Counted from the first letter of the whole stretch, positions 36,501-49,818 are shown. The stretch is DNA of 56,961 bases, filler included, from Spironucleus salmonicida (GCF_000497125.1; 4 parts of 4 records of this genome joined end to end with filler, not necessarily neighbours in it), one strand, 5' to 3'. A program made the numbers and translations. The notes: generated from the sequence alone by a model not told the origin.

Positions 36501-39500
36501 CAGAGGAAGAGCGTGCTGCCCCCCTGAACCTACCAGAGGAAGAGGGTGCTGCCCCCCTGAACCTACCAGAGGAAGAGCGTGCTGCCTTCCTGAACCTACC
36601 AGAGGAAGAGCGTGCTACCTTCCTGAACCTACCAGAGGAAGAGCGTGCTGCCCCCCTGAACCTACCAGAGGAAGAGCGTGCTGCGTTGCTGAACCTACCA
36701 GAGCAAGAGCGTGCTGCGTTGCTGAACCTACCAGAGCAAGAGCGTGCTGCGTTGCTGAACCTACCAGAGGAAGAGCGTGCTGCGTTGCTGAACTTATCAG
36801 AGGAAGAGCGTGCTGCCTTCCTGAACCTACCAGAGGAAGAGCGTGCTGCCCCCCTGAACCTACCAGAGGAAGAGCGTGCTGCCCTCCTGAACCTACCAGA
36901 GGAAGAGCGTGCTAACTTCCTGAACCTACCAGAGGAAGAGCGTGCTGCCCCCCTGAACCTACCAGAGGAAGAGCGTGCTGCCCTCCTGAACCTACCAGAG
37001 GAAGAGCGTGCTAACTTCCTGAACCTACCAGAGGAAGAGGGTGCTGCCCCCCTGAACCTACCAGAGGAAGAGCGTGCTGCCCCCCTGAACCTACCAGAGG
37101 AAGAGCGTGCTGCCCCCCTGAACCTACCAGAGGAAGAGCGTGCTGCCCCCCTGAACCTACCAGAGGAAGAGCGTGCTACCTTCCTGAACCTACCAGAGGA
37201 AGAGCGTGCTGCCCCCCTGAACCTACCAGAGGAAGAGCGTGCTGCCCCCCTGAACCTACCAGAGGAAGAGCGTGCTGCCCCCCTGAACCTACCAGAGGAA
37301 GAGCGTGCTGCCCCCCTGAACCTACCAGAGGAAGAGCGTGCTGCCCCCCTGAACCTACCAGAGGAAGAGCGTGCTACCTTCCTGAACCTACCAGAGGAAG
37401 AGCGTGCTGCCCCCCTGAACCTACCAGAGGAAGAGCGTGCTGCGTTGCTGAACCTACCAGAGCAAGAGCGTGCTGCGTTGCTGAACCTACCAGAGGAAGA
37501 GCGTGCTGCCCCCCTGAACCTACCAGAGGAAGAGCGTGCTGCCCTCCTGAACCTACCAGAGCAAGAGCGTGCTACCTTCCTGAACCTACCAGAGGAAGAG
37601 CGTGCTGCGTTGCTGAACCTACCAGAGGAAGAGCGTGCTGCCCTCCTGAACCTACCAGAGGAAGAGGGTGCTACCTTCCTGAACCTACCAGAGGAAGAGC
37701 GTGCTGCCCCCCTGAACCTACCAGAGGAAGAGCGTGCTGCCCCCCTGAACCTACCAGAGGAAGAGCGTGCTACCTTCCTGAACCTACCAGAGGAAGAGCG
37801 TGCTGCGTTGCTGAACCTACCAGAGCAAGAGCGTGCTGCCCCCCTGAACCTACCAGAGGAAGAGCGTGCTGCCCTCCTGAACCTACCAGAGGAAGAGCGT
37901 GCTAACTTCCTGAACTTATCAGAGCAAGAGCGTGCTGCGTTGCTGAACCTACCAGAGGAAGAGCGTGCTAACTTCCTGAACTTATCAGAGCAAGAGCGTG
38001 CTGCGTTGCTGAACCTACCAGAGGAAGAGCGTGCTGCCCCCCTGAACCTACCAGAGGAAGAGCGTGCTGCCCCCCTGAACCTACCAGAGGAAGAGCGTGC
38101 TGCCCTCCTGAACCTACCAGAGGAAGAGCGTGCTAACTTCCTGAACTTATCAGAGCAAGAGCGTGCTGCGTTGCTGAACCTACCAGAGGAAGAGCGTGCT
38201 GCGTTGCTGAACCTACCAGAGGAAGAGCGTGCTGCGTTGCTGAACCTACCAGAGGAAGAGCGTGCTGCGTTGCTGAACCTACCAGAGGAAGAGCGTGCTG
38301 CGTTGCTGAACCTACCAGAGGAAGAGGGTGCTACCTTCCTGAACTTACCAGAGCAAGAGCGTGCTGCGTTGCTGAACCTACCAGAGCAAGAGCGTGCTGC
38401 GTTGCTGAACCTACCAGAGGAAGAGCGTGCTGCGTTGCTGAACTTATCAGAGGAAGAGCGTGCTGCCCCCCTGAACCTACCAGAGGAAGAGCGTGCTGCC
38501 CCCCTGAACCTACCAGAGGAAGAGCGTGCTGCCCTCCTGAACCTACCAGAGGAAGAGCGTGCTGCCCCCCTGAACCTACCAGAGGAAGAGCGTGCTGCCC
38601 CCCTGAACCTACCAGAGGAAGAGCGTGCTGCCCTCCTGAACCTACCAGAGGAAGAGCGTGCTAACTTCCTGAACTTATCAGAGCAAGAGCGTGCTGCGTT
38701 GCTGAACCTACCAGAGGAAGAGCGTGCTGCGTTGCTGAACCTACCAGAGGAAGAGCGTGCTGCGTTGCTGAACCTACCAGAGGAAGAGCGTGCTGCGTTG
38801 CTGAACCTACCAGAGCAAGAGCGTGCTGCGTTGCTGAACCTACCAGAGGAAGAGCGTGCTGCGTTGCTGAACCTACCAGAGCAAGAGCGTGCTGCGTTGC
38901 TGAACCTACCAGAGGAAGAGGGTGCTACCTTCCTGAACCTACCAGAGGAAGAGCGTGCTGCGTTGCTGAACCTACCAGAGGAAGAGGGTGCTGCGTTGCT
39001 GAACCTACCAGAGGAAGAGCGTGCTGCGTTGCTGAACCTACCAGAGGAAGAGCGTGCTGCCCCCCTGAACCTACCAGAGGAAGAGCGTGCTGCGTTGCTG
39101 AACCTACCAGAGCAAGAGCGTGCTGCGTTGCTGAACCTACCAGAGCAAGAGCGTGCTAACTTCCTGAACTTATCAGAGGAAGAGCGTGCTAACTTCCTGA
39201 ACCTACCAGAGGAAGAGCGTGCTGCCCTCCTGAACCTACCAGAGGAAGAGCGTGCTAACTTCCTGAACTTATCAGAGCAAGAGCGTGCTGCGTTGCTGAA
39301 CCTACCAGAGGAAGAGCGTGCTAACTTCCTGAACTTATCAGAGCAAGAGCGTGCTGCGTTGCTGAACCTACCAGAGGAAGAGCGTGCTGCGTTGCTGAAC
39401 CTACCAGAGGAAGAGGGTGCTAACTTCCTGAACTTATCAGAGCAAGAGCGTGCTGCGTTGCTGAACCTACCAGAGGAAGAGCGTGCTAACTTCCTGAACT

Positions 39501-41380
39501 TATCAGAGCAAGAGCGTGCTGCGTTGCTGAACCTACCAGAGGAAGAGCGTGCTGCCCTCCTGAACCTACCAGAGGAAGAGCGTGCTAACTTCCTGAACTT
39601 ATCAGAGCAAGAGCGTGCTGCGTTGCTGAACCTACCAGAGGAAGAGCGTGCTGCGTTGCTGAACCTACCAGAGCAAGAGCGTGCTGCGTTGCTGAACCTA
39701 CCAGAGCAAGAGCGTGCTAACTTCCTGAACTTATCAGAGGAAGAGCGTGCTAACTTCCTGAACCTACCTGAGGAAGAGCGTGCTGCCCTCCTGAACCTAC
39801 CAGAGGAAGAGCGTGCTAACTTCCTGAACTTATCAGAGCAAGAGCGTGCTGCGTTGCTGAACCTACCAGAGGAAGAGCGTGCTGCGTTGCTGAACCTACC
39901 AGAGGAAGAGGGTGCTAACTTCCTGAACTTATCAGAGCAAGAGCGTGCTGCCCTCCTGAACCTACCAGAGGAAGAGCGTGCTAACTTCCTGAACTTATCA
40001 GAGCAAGAGCGTGCTGCGTTGCTGAACCTACCAGAGGAAGAGCGTGCTGCGTTGCTGAACCTACCAGAGGAAGAGGGTGCTAACTTCCTGAACTTATCAG
40101 AGCAAGAGCGTGCTGCCCTCCTGAACCTACCAGAGGAAGAGCGTGCTAACTTCCTGAACTTATCAGAGCAAGAGCGTGCTGCGTTGCTGAACCTACCAGA
40201 GGAAGAGGGTGCTAACTTCCTGAACCTACCAGAGGAAGAGCGTGCTAACTTCCTGAACTTATCAGAGCAAGAGCGTGCTGCGTTGCTGAACCTACCAGAG
40301 GAAGAGCGTGCTGCGTTGCTGAACCTACCAGAGGAAGAGCGTGCTAACTTCCTGAACCTACCAGAGGAAGAGCGTGCTGCCCTCCTGAACCTACCAGAGG
40401 AAGAGCGTGCTAACTTCCTGAACTTATCAGAGCAAGAGCGTGCTGCGTTGCTGAACCTACCAGAGGAAGAGCGTGCTGCGTTGCTGAACTTATCAGAGCA
40501 AGAGCGTGCTGCGTTGCTGAACCTACCAGAGGAAGAGCGTGCTGCCCTCCTGAACCTACCAGAGGAAGAGCGTGCTGCGTTGCTGAACCTACCAGAGGAA
40601 GAGCGTGCTAACTTCCTGAACTTATCAGAGCAAGAGCGTGCTGCGTTGCTGAACCTACCAGAGGAAGAGCGTGCTGCCCTCCTGAACCTACCAGAGGAAG
40701 AGCGTGCTAACTTCCTGAACTTATCAGAGCAAGAGCGTGCTGCGTTGCTGAACCTACCAGAGGAAGAGCGTGCTGCGTTGCTGAACCTACCAGAGGAAGA
40801 GCGTGCTGCGTTGCTGAACCTACCAGAGGAAGAGCGTGCTGCGTTGCTGAACCTACCAGAGGAAGAGCGTGCTACCTTTCTGAAGCAAGTAACTACCCAA
40901 ATAGTTAAAGACTCCAATTTAGATGAACTAAAATTAAGTAAAATATAATCACACAGCACAGATGTAATCCTATTGCAAACATAATAGAATAGGATCCTAA
41001 GATTGTCATAGCTTCTACCATTTCATAAAAGAATATAGAAACGCTTAAACTAACGTATGAAACCTGCAAATATTATCTAATCTTAACCAGAAATAAATAT
41101 TGAACATATTTAAAATTAGCTCAATAATTTAAAATAAGAACTATCTTTTGTAAAATCATTATAAATATAGTAAATATAACCTTAATAATCACTGTAAAAA
41201 TCCTTATAAACATCAAGAAATAAAATTAGTTATGATATTTTACGGTTAACAAACAAATAAGAGTAACTAGAAGCGGACAAACAATTTCTTCTATAATAAA
41301 ATAATAAGAAATCTCACCAAAATGTTACTGTTGCAAGTATTATAGTAATTATTACAATAATGCTGGCATCACTACTTTGA
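33502..41380 (+). CDS. Giant repeat protein (~2600 aa) with ~200 decapeptide repeats and a C-terminal TM anchor
   Basis: The frame is open from ATG 33626 through the repeat array to TGA 41378-41380 (...VTVASIIVIITIMLASLL*). A longer N-terminus from ATG 33502 needs a 1-nt shift in the T6 run at 33647-33652. Confidence 0.85.
34889..40884 (+). repeat. Coding 30-bp minisatellite, about 200 copies (consensus EERAALLNLP with APL/TFL/NFL/SEQ variants)
   Basis: 30-nt periodicity with no frame-breaking indels over ~6 kb. Confidence 0.97.
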
Positions 41381-43378
41381 CACTTACATACTTAAAAGCA
41401 AACCACCATCTGATGAATTTCCTAATAATGTTGAAATTTTTGACCTCAATTCAAATACATCATGCCGTTATAAACTTGTTTACTACTAAAACCTGAGTGA
41501 TTTACATTTTTCCTATGTTAATTCCTTTTCAAGATCAATAATATGCTTTTAAAGTTTAATTACTGATTATAATGCATCATATCTAGAAGATAAATCAAGA
41601 AAGTGATTCTATTTACTGGAATTTTCGACATCTATATTATTATATGATACCTAAATGGAACGATTATTGTTAATGATCTCATGTACCGTCATATCATCTG
41701 TTTAGATTTGATTATCAACCTGAACATTACTAACAGTATTTTTTAATGGTTTTAAGGGCTTTTTATTTTTAAGTTATTTCAATGCATCATTATAATCCTC
41801 CTACCATAATTATTACTCTAGTTACAATCTCTATACAGTTAAGGTAATTTCATTCACGGTCGCATTTGCTAACAACACATTAGTAGATTGTTAAGAATTA
41901 ATGAATAAGAGATTATTTGTCATAGTTTATGATTTTTTAATTTTTAACTTTAAACCTAATAATTATTTTTATAGTGAAGCTTTCACCGTTTTAAATTATT
42001 TTTATAAACCGTTTAGATTTAACATCTATACATCATTTTATTTCTAAATCTCATTACTATTAACTTATAACAATTGAATATCTTATTATAATTTTAAATT
42101 TTATTATTAATATTTGTTAATATCTAATTATAATTCGGTTATTCCTATATACTTTTTTTCTGGCTCTTATAAAATACCATCTATACTATTTACGGCAATA
42201 TATTCTGGTTTCAAATAAAGAAATTCATAAATATCTAATAATTATTCCTCTTCTAATTTTATTTAATCAATATATGCTAAGGATCTAATATAAATGTTGC
42301 TAATATTAAAACTAATATCTGTATTAAAATATGATCCTTGCTATTAGCTTATACTATCTTACTCATTAATATAATAATCACACTAATCTGAAGTTTAGAT
42401 ACCTATATTCACTAATTACAAATCAGTTATGTCATCCGTTTCGCACTGTAATACTCTTGAGTACTACAGATAGGTAGAACTGTTTTAATTTTGTGAGTGA
42501 TTTGTTTAATATTAAGACCTAAGTTACATCAATTCCTTAAAAATTTCATTATATTGTATCGTTAAATTATCAAACTATTACTATAACATATTATTTTTAT
42601 CTTAATATTATGCTTAGATAGTAAATTCAGGCAGTGGTTAACATATCTTCATTTCCGTCAATAAATCATTTAAACTAGGATCATTTAGATCTTTTATAGA
42701 TTGCACTAACATAAAATCTAAATTTAGTTTAACTTCATCAAATTTTTATAAAAATAAATATATAACTTCATTAAACTAGTAGTTATCTATAAATTTTTAA
42801 CATGATTCCAATTTTTTATAATAACGCTAAGTGATCTTCTGCGTAACTACTTTATTTTTTAATATATTTATATATGTTGGCTTTACTTATACTGTAATTT
42901 CAGATTCTTATATACTACGCTGCGTTAATGTATTATCTTGCATATCTTCCAATTTGACCAACTAAAATAAGAGATATTAAACAAACTCTAACAAATCGAT
43001 ATTTTAAATATCTTGTACTTATTAATTTGACCCCAATGATTAACTCATTAATTCCTTAAATATAGTTTTTTAATGATTACTGTTAAAATATGTCATACTA
43101 AATTACTACTTTTCAGGCTTATTATACAATTAATCAATTCCAGGATATATTTCTAGCTGTTGAATAGTTTAATTAATCAAAACTAATACTTTACTATACC
43201 AGATACCTCTTATTACATCAGTAATATTTTACTAATTAATGTAATTATACAATTCCATAATTTAATCTTATTTTGGTAGCATATTTAACATTAATTCACA
43301 TTTTAGTTTCAATTACTAAGTGAACTCTATAATCTCGTCTTATGTAGTATCTGTTAAAAATGATTAATTATTATTCAT
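41369..43378 (-). CDS. Gln/Leu-rich hypothetical protein (669 aa)
   Basis: No in-frame TGA from ATG 43378 to 41369; stop in TAGTGA. Overlaps the convergent repeat gene by 12 nt. Confidence 0.8.
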
Positions 43379-43531
43379 TTCTGTTTATTATCTATCATAT
43401 AATAGATAAAATACTTAATATAATTTTAAAATACAATGAAAACAAATATAATATGTACATTAGATAGGTATGTATATTTATTTAGTTACAATATAATAAT
43501 TGATAATTTGTGACAGATAAAACTAATAGTA

Positions 43532-43807
43532 TCATTTATTTTTTGCCCACTTTTCAACATTTTATTGAGCTTTTTAGCTCCTCTAGTATAAGTTTTGCCT
43601 TTATAATTACATCCTACCTAAATTGTAATCCTAATAGAACTATTTAGACTATTATAATAACTCTTGCTCGAAAGATACATTTTACATATTTACTTGCCTC
43701 TTTTCAAACCAGTAATAGTAGGGATCTATGTATTTAAAGTGAGACTTTCTTTATTCGTTGTTGTTAATTGCTTACCATTTTAGCGAATTATTTATGATTG
43801 CTGACAT
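43532..43807 (-). CDS. Small hypothetical protein (91 aa)
   Basis: MSAIINNSLKWQAINNNEQRK...VEKWAKNK*; divergent from the MFS gene across an AT-rich spacer. Confidence 0.55.
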
Positions 43808-43916
43808 TAAAGAAATGAAAATATAATACTGATAATTTATATATCATATATAATTAATTTTAATACAGTATAATATTATTATATACGTATATTAATAAAT
43901 ATATTTCATTCTTAAA

Positions 43917-45557
43917 ATGTAATCAAAGAAAAATCATTTAAAAAAGAAATAGTCATAACTATATTTAAATCCTCCGTAATATAATATGCCTAATATTACT
44001 TAAATTAAACCTCCTATCTTCAATAAATTCAATAAAACAATGTTACAACCTGGAAATACAAACGTATTTTTTACTGTTCTTGCTGCATCATTTCCATAAT
44101 TCTTATATACATTAACAAATACTACATTATACTCTTTTACTGTGTTATATGCAGATTATTATTAAATTAACATTAATACACTTCAATTGGTTCAACATGC
44201 CGAAATATTAGTAATGTGTACTATGGGATTATTTTCATCAAAGTTTCATGATTTACTCACAATACCGAATTGTTATATATTAGGATCTATTATAGTTACA
44301 ATTTTTAATGTCTCAATATTTTTCTGGAAAAATTTTGTTTATCTTATAATGATGAGATTATTTGCAGCAGTTGGATATACTTTAATGTATACATCAACAG
44401 CGCCAATGATGAACTTTCTAATAAAACCTGGTAAATTAGAAATTTCAATGGGTTCAGGTGATATATTTGTGCCCTTTGGAGCACTTATTGCATTAATGTT
44501 ATCGACATTTACTGTATAGTATCACCCATTACTGGTATTCTTGCTTGCAGGTATTTTGGGAATAATTCATTCGCTATTTTTATTATTTTATTTACCTAGA
44601 ACAGAAAAAAATCATAAAACATAATGTAATTTCATTGGAATTATTTTAGGATCTATTGGTATGAGCTTAATTGTTATAAATTTATCGTTTGTTGCAGTTG
44701 GAGTAGGAAATTGGATTGTAGAAATATTTTTGTTGATATTTGGAGTAGTTTTCTTAATATTATTTTTCATATACAACTATAAAGCTTAAGTTAAAAATTT
44801 TCCAAATTAAATATTTAACCGTAATTCTATAATTTTTATGCTACAAATATTGCTAATTACCATTAGTTATCAATCTATTAATTGGTTTACTCCCCTTTTA
44901 TGGAGATTATATTTTAATCTAGATATTTTGTAATCGGGTATAATTTAAGGCGTAACATAATTTATCTCATGTTGTTTTTGTTTTTTATATCCTTTTATTT
45001 TAAAAAAAGTAACAAATAAGCGTGTAATGTAAACAGCTTCTTCGTTATAATTAATATTATTTATCATAATTCTTATTGCTATATAAAAATTTTAGAATAT
45101 ATACTTCATAGAATTGTTATATATTATGATCGAGCTTGTTAACGTGCAAATGATACTTTGCATCTAAATATTTAACACATTTACAGCCCCAAAGTAATAC
45201 GCATTTATTACTGGAAGTATTGTAGCACTCAATTCAAAATTTGGTTGGTCTGCAGGAACTGCTATATTCACATCAATATTTAGATTAACTTCAAATAACT
45301 TAATTCTTTCTAGTTCATTAAGTATAGGTATCAGCTTAATTTGTTTGGTGATATTAATTGTGCTATCATTTTTTATGGGTACATTTAGTTGGGAGCGGGG
45401 AAGGCTAGGATTTAACGAACATGATGTACATCTTACACATTCGTATGATGAATTCACTGTATTAAGCTCTGAACTTAATGAAGAATTCAATGAAGTAACG
45501 TCAACAACAGATCGATAAAGTAATCGAGTCCCGTTTTAGCTGGATAATTTCTATTGA
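43917..45557 (+). CDS. Major facilitator superfamily transporter (546 aa)
   Basis: Many hydrophobic segments and the MFS-like stretch LIMMRLFAAVGYTL. ORF-track piece 44187-44519 is in this frame. Confidence 0.85.
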
Positions 45558-45614
45558 TTTCATGTTAATATATTATTATATATTATTATATTATTATAGT
45601 ATCCCGCCAAATAT

Positions 45615-46588
45615 ATGTCAATATAAAATTTTTAGGAAGGTCACCCTTTAACATCCCCTAGATCTTTATTAGCATGTAAAAGACTTGGTATTGATTAAAT
45701 TGAACTTTAACCTCTTAAACTAGAGGAAATCTAATTTAGATTTAAGCATCTCCCTCCAAATTTTAGAAAAGAGGCCGAAAATGCTCTTGAAGAAGATAGG
45801 CAGGCAATTTTAATTGAATTAATAAGAGAACATACAAATATCATCAATAATGGGATTACACTTGCTGAAAAAGTAGCTTTTCCAGATCTTTCTACTTTTT
45901 GTAAAATCGCATCTGAAACTTCATTTACACCATCAGAATATCCAAAGACACAGTAAGATTTACGAGTCAAGAAATAAATTGATGAATTAAATTTTATTTC
46001 ATAATCTTTAGACAAAACAACTAACAAAGATCTACGCCATTCTATGAATTGGGCATAGCTATAAAAGTAAAATTAAGAAATACGCGAAGAAAAAGCCTAT
46101 TGCTTGCTATCTAAAACATAGACATATTTAGAGCGCTCTAGTTCGTTTAGATAATAGAAAAGGTAAAAGTTTGAAGATAAAATATTATCTTAATAATATA
46201 ATGAAAAATCAGATTTTTTCTAAGAATAAAAACAATTAAACCTAGATAAATGGGATGTTCACATCTAAAGTTAAGCTTGTAAAGATGAATAATTTATTAA
46301 TGCTAATGAAATGCATAAGTAGAGAATGCGTGAAGAATATGAAATCCAAGTAAAAGAGATGGAAAGAAAGAAAAAATTGTTACATGAAGACCGTGTTACA
46401 ATGCGCTAATCCTAGTCGAAGGAAGCAGAAAAGCGTGTGTAATCAGTTTAAGTATAACATTAGTAATTACTTAAAAAGAAGGAAATGGAAACTAAATATC
46501 GATTTGAAAAATTAGAATAATTTTAACTACAAAACTCTCAAAAATAAAAATCTTAGTAAAATTAAAATCAACTATCTTTCACTGCATA
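45615..46588 (+). CDS. Coiled-coil protein with a CCDC177-like N-terminal motif, 3'-truncated by the gap
   Basis: PLTSPRSLLACKRLGIDQIEL followed by an E/K/Q-rich coiled coil. Confidence 0.7.
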
Positions 46589-46688
46589 NNNNNNNNNNNN
46601 NNNNNNNNNNNNNNNNNNNNNNNNNNNNNNNNTTAATTAATTAANNNNNNNNNNNNNNNNNNNNNNNNNNNNNNNNNNNNNNNNNNNN
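46589..46688. other. Scaffold gap with artificial spacer
   Basis: N-run, TTAATTAATTAA, N-run. Confidence 0.97.
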
Positions 46689-46922
46689 TTATATACGAAC
46701 TTTTCAGTTTATATGAAGCTTAAAAATGAATTTACCGTAAGATGCTGGCATTTAAGTTGAAAGCTTAGCATAACTCCGCTACATTTCTTATGAAGATGGA
46801 ACGATGTTCTTGTTACCTTAAAAAAAAATAATTCCAAGTTGGCAGGCGTGATTAAATTTCAAATATTGAATTTCAAATTAAATTACTAACAAGTTTATCA
46901 CTCAACACCAACAAACTGGTCG
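46689..46922. repeat. Inverted repeat, left arm (234 bp)
   Basis: Reverse complement of 47465-47698; starts at the contig edge. Confidence 0.92.
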
Positions 46923-47024
46923 CTATATTATAATAACATGGCTAAGGAAGTGAATTGTTAACGATACGTATAATATAATAAATATTTATTCTGTATTTCT
47001 TTCCTGTTAATTTCCATTCCTAAT

Positions 47025-47489
47025 ATGTCTGCATAAGTAATTGATCTTAATTCACTACCAGAAGATGCAAAAGTTTCTAATGATCAAAAAATTGAAGAAG
47101 ATTGGGCTGAATATGCTTTTAAATTTGCTGAAACTTTTGAGATGTTATTAAAATCTATAAAAACAAAATAAGGCCTCAAGTAATTTAAGTTTACACCACA
47201 GGATGATCTTATTTATACTGGTTTTAGAAAATCTTTTCCTAACCTTAGTGTATAACCACTTGATGTTAAAACGATGAAAGATAAAGCTCATCAATTATAA
47301 TGGTATTAATTATTAGAAGCATATAAAACAGTAGTCACTGATTACAACCATGGTAGTATTGTAAGAGTTAACTCTATGTAAAATCTTGGACCTGAAAATG
47401 GAATTATTGTTCCTAGAATATAGTTTTATATGATAGAACTTGCAAGATGTAGAGAAGGATGTAACGACCAGTTTGTTGGTGTTGAGTGA
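47025..47489 (+). CDS. PBDC1: Polysaccharide biosynthesis domain-containing protein 1 homologue (154 aa)
   Basis: Motifs NDQKIEEDWA, FTPQDDLIYTGFRKSFP, DYNHGSIVR and VPRIQFYMIELARCREGCN; stop in GAGTGA. Confidence 0.88.
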
Positions 47490-47698
47490 TAAACTTGTTA
47501 GTAATTTAATTTGAAATTCAATATTTGAAATTTAATCACGCCTGCCAACTTGGAATTATTTTTTTTTAAGGTAACAAGAACATCGTTCCATCTTCATAAG
47601 AAATGTAGCGGAGTTATGCTAAGCTTTCAACTTAAATGCCAGCATCTTACGGTAAATTCATTTTTAAGCTTCATATAAACTGAAAAGTTCGTATATAA
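47465..47698. repeat. Inverted repeat, right arm (234 bp)
   Basis: Reverse complement of 46689-46922; includes the last codons of PBDC1. Confidence 0.92.
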
Positions 47699-47709
47699 AA
47701 TTAATAAAC

Positions 47710-48144
47710 TCAGAGTCTTCTACCTCTTCTACCACCTTTGTGACGGGTTCTGTCAGAGGGAATTGGGGTTACGTCTTCAATTCTACCAATCTTGAAATTG
47801 TTACGAACTAAGGTACGGATGGTGGAAGAACCACCCTGACCATAATTTCTTCTGCCAACACCACCATTAGCACGAATGCGGATATGGAGTGAGGAGATTT
47901 GACGAGCGCGAAGTACTTCAACAAGCTTCTGGGTAGCTTACATGGCGGCATATGGAGAGGGCTCATCCTAATGACGTTTAACCATCTAACCACCAGAGAC
48001 GCGAGCGATAGTCTCAGCACCAGTGATATCAGTAACGTGGATGAAAGTATCATTCTTAGCAGCAAAGATATGGCAGATACCAAAGGTATTACCTTGAGCA
48101 TCAGCTTTAGGAAGGTTTGTCTGATCATAATTAACTTTCTTCAT
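47710..48144 (-). CDS. RPS14: 40S ribosomal protein S14 (uS11)
   Basis: Motifs [33 protein letters not shown] and [26 protein letters not shown]; requires TAR=Gln. Confidence 0.97.
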
Positions 48145-48803
48145 GCGACAAGGAGTGGAGTTAAGAATCCAAATTGAATTAGAAAATCTAGATTTCTCGC
48201 GTTCTAGCCATGTTTTTGTCTTTAAACTTTAGGTACACTAAATATATATTCATTCGCATATAATAGTGAAAATTTATAAATATTTATAAGAGAATCATAT
48301 TTATTGGTAATATAATATATAACTTATAATTCAGTTTTATGATAAATAAATAATCATAGAATAATATACATAGCTAAGAGAATGTCAAGAGAAGATGAAC
48401 ATCTCATGCTGTATAAATTCTTACGAAATTAATATAAATTTCTGCTATACTCCTTTATATATTACTATTTCTAATTTTTATCAGTTGTATATTCAAATCT
48501 TTGGTAAATGTAGATTACCATACTAAATTTGAGAAATTCGATTAATTAGGTACCTATCTATAAAATAAAACTTACATTAAAAACATTTCGTAAGATTCTG
48601 TAAAGTTATATATTTTTACAATTCTCATAAGTATAGTAGAGTTAGTAATAAATAGAGTGTTAATTATATTGATAACCTAAAGTATGTTAAATAATTATAA
48701 TTATAGTCATATATATTAAATATCTAACATATAACTAAATTCTGATATGTATCCCCTTATTTCCATTAATAAATTTGGTATAAATGCAGATTTATATTAA
48801 TAT

Positions 48804-48875
48804 GCGGTTATAGTATAGTGGTAAGTATTTGCGCTTGTCACGTGCGAGACCCGGGTTCAATTCCCGGTAACCGCG
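48804..48875 (+). tRNA. tRNA-Asp(GTC)
   Basis: Acceptor stem GCGGTTA/TAACCGC, anticodon loop TTGTCAC, T arm CCGGG-TTCAATT-CCCGG, discriminator G, and a TTTT terminator just downstream. Confidence 0.96.
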
Positions 48876-49506
48876 CATTTTAAGGTGTGGCTATTTATGG
48901 AAACTAGAAGGTTTGGGGTGGGAGATTTCTGTACGTGCAAAATGAGGCTGCTACTTTCCTAGGTGATATGCCTAGTGTTTTAGGCACAGCCACACTCTAA
49001 GCCGAAACTCGCCCGGCCCGTATGTCCCAGAAAGGTGGCATGGCGTTTTGTTCCATACTCGCACCTGCAGATTCTCCTGCACCTATTTTGCACGGGGAGG
49101 CCGCACGGCTACTAAATTGTCCCACAGCCCCCAGTGGACCTCGGCATCACACGCCTTATGGTCCACCCACACTGCGCAAACCAGCTACCCAGTGCAGCCG
49201 TGGCTCGCTTTGCCGCCCACTCCGAAAATGCGGCCTGGGGCGATCGCACGTCCGCGCCAGCTCGCACTGAAGGCCATCTAGCTACCTTTGCGCGTAGGTG
49301 CTGTAGGCGCAGCGGAACTGCATTCCTCCGCCAGTATACAATACCCGGAATGTGGATTGTTCTACCTCACCGTAAGTTGCTACCATATTTATTCTCCCTC
49401 CAGTTACACTCTGGCGAACTTATATACGCATATTCGCTAAATGGCCCTGCTCTTAAATTTAGTAACTGATTGTTATCGATATTCGCTGACTATTGCAATT
49501 GGTAAA

Positions 49507-49818
49507 ATGGGGGCAGACCTGGCTGCCGAGAAAACGCCCACCACCACCGAGCCGCAGACTCCCAAGTACAACGAATTCGCCCCAACGAGTATTTTTGCCC
49601 AAAAGGCCATCAAGCGCATCCGCTGGAAGCACTAGCTCAAGCAGTGGATCCTGGACGATCCCGCGGAGACAGCCACGCAGCTCACCCCGAGGAAAGCGCC
49701 GCCGTGCAGACCTCCCGTTAAGCACACCGACCTTGCGATCCAAATTAATGTGAGCTAGGTGTTCAACCTCTCCAGCGAGGCGACATGCCAAGAGGGGGAG
49801 AAAGGTACGTGCGAGTGA
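49507..49818 (+). CDS. Hypothetical protein (103 aa)
   Basis: MGADLAAEKTPT...EKGTCE*, read through two TAG codons; stop in GAGTGA. Confidence 0.65.

Noticed and set aside
34889-40884. CRISPR-like appearance, and the telomere-like ACCTACC in most 30-bp units
   Set aside because: There are no unique spacers or cas genes. ACCTACC arises from Asn-Leu-Pro codons and is too short to call an interstitial telomere.
34855-40959. 2034 aa minus-strand ORF (RSSSGRFSNAA repeats)
   Set aside because: It is the antisense shadow of the 30-bp array. The plus frame has long unique coding flanks and a TM anchor.
47808-48128. ORF-track calls over the ribosomal protein loci (also 51407-51868 and 51483-51962)
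   Set aside because: They are in the wrong frame or strand; RPS14 and RPL11 appear in other frames with TAR=Gln.
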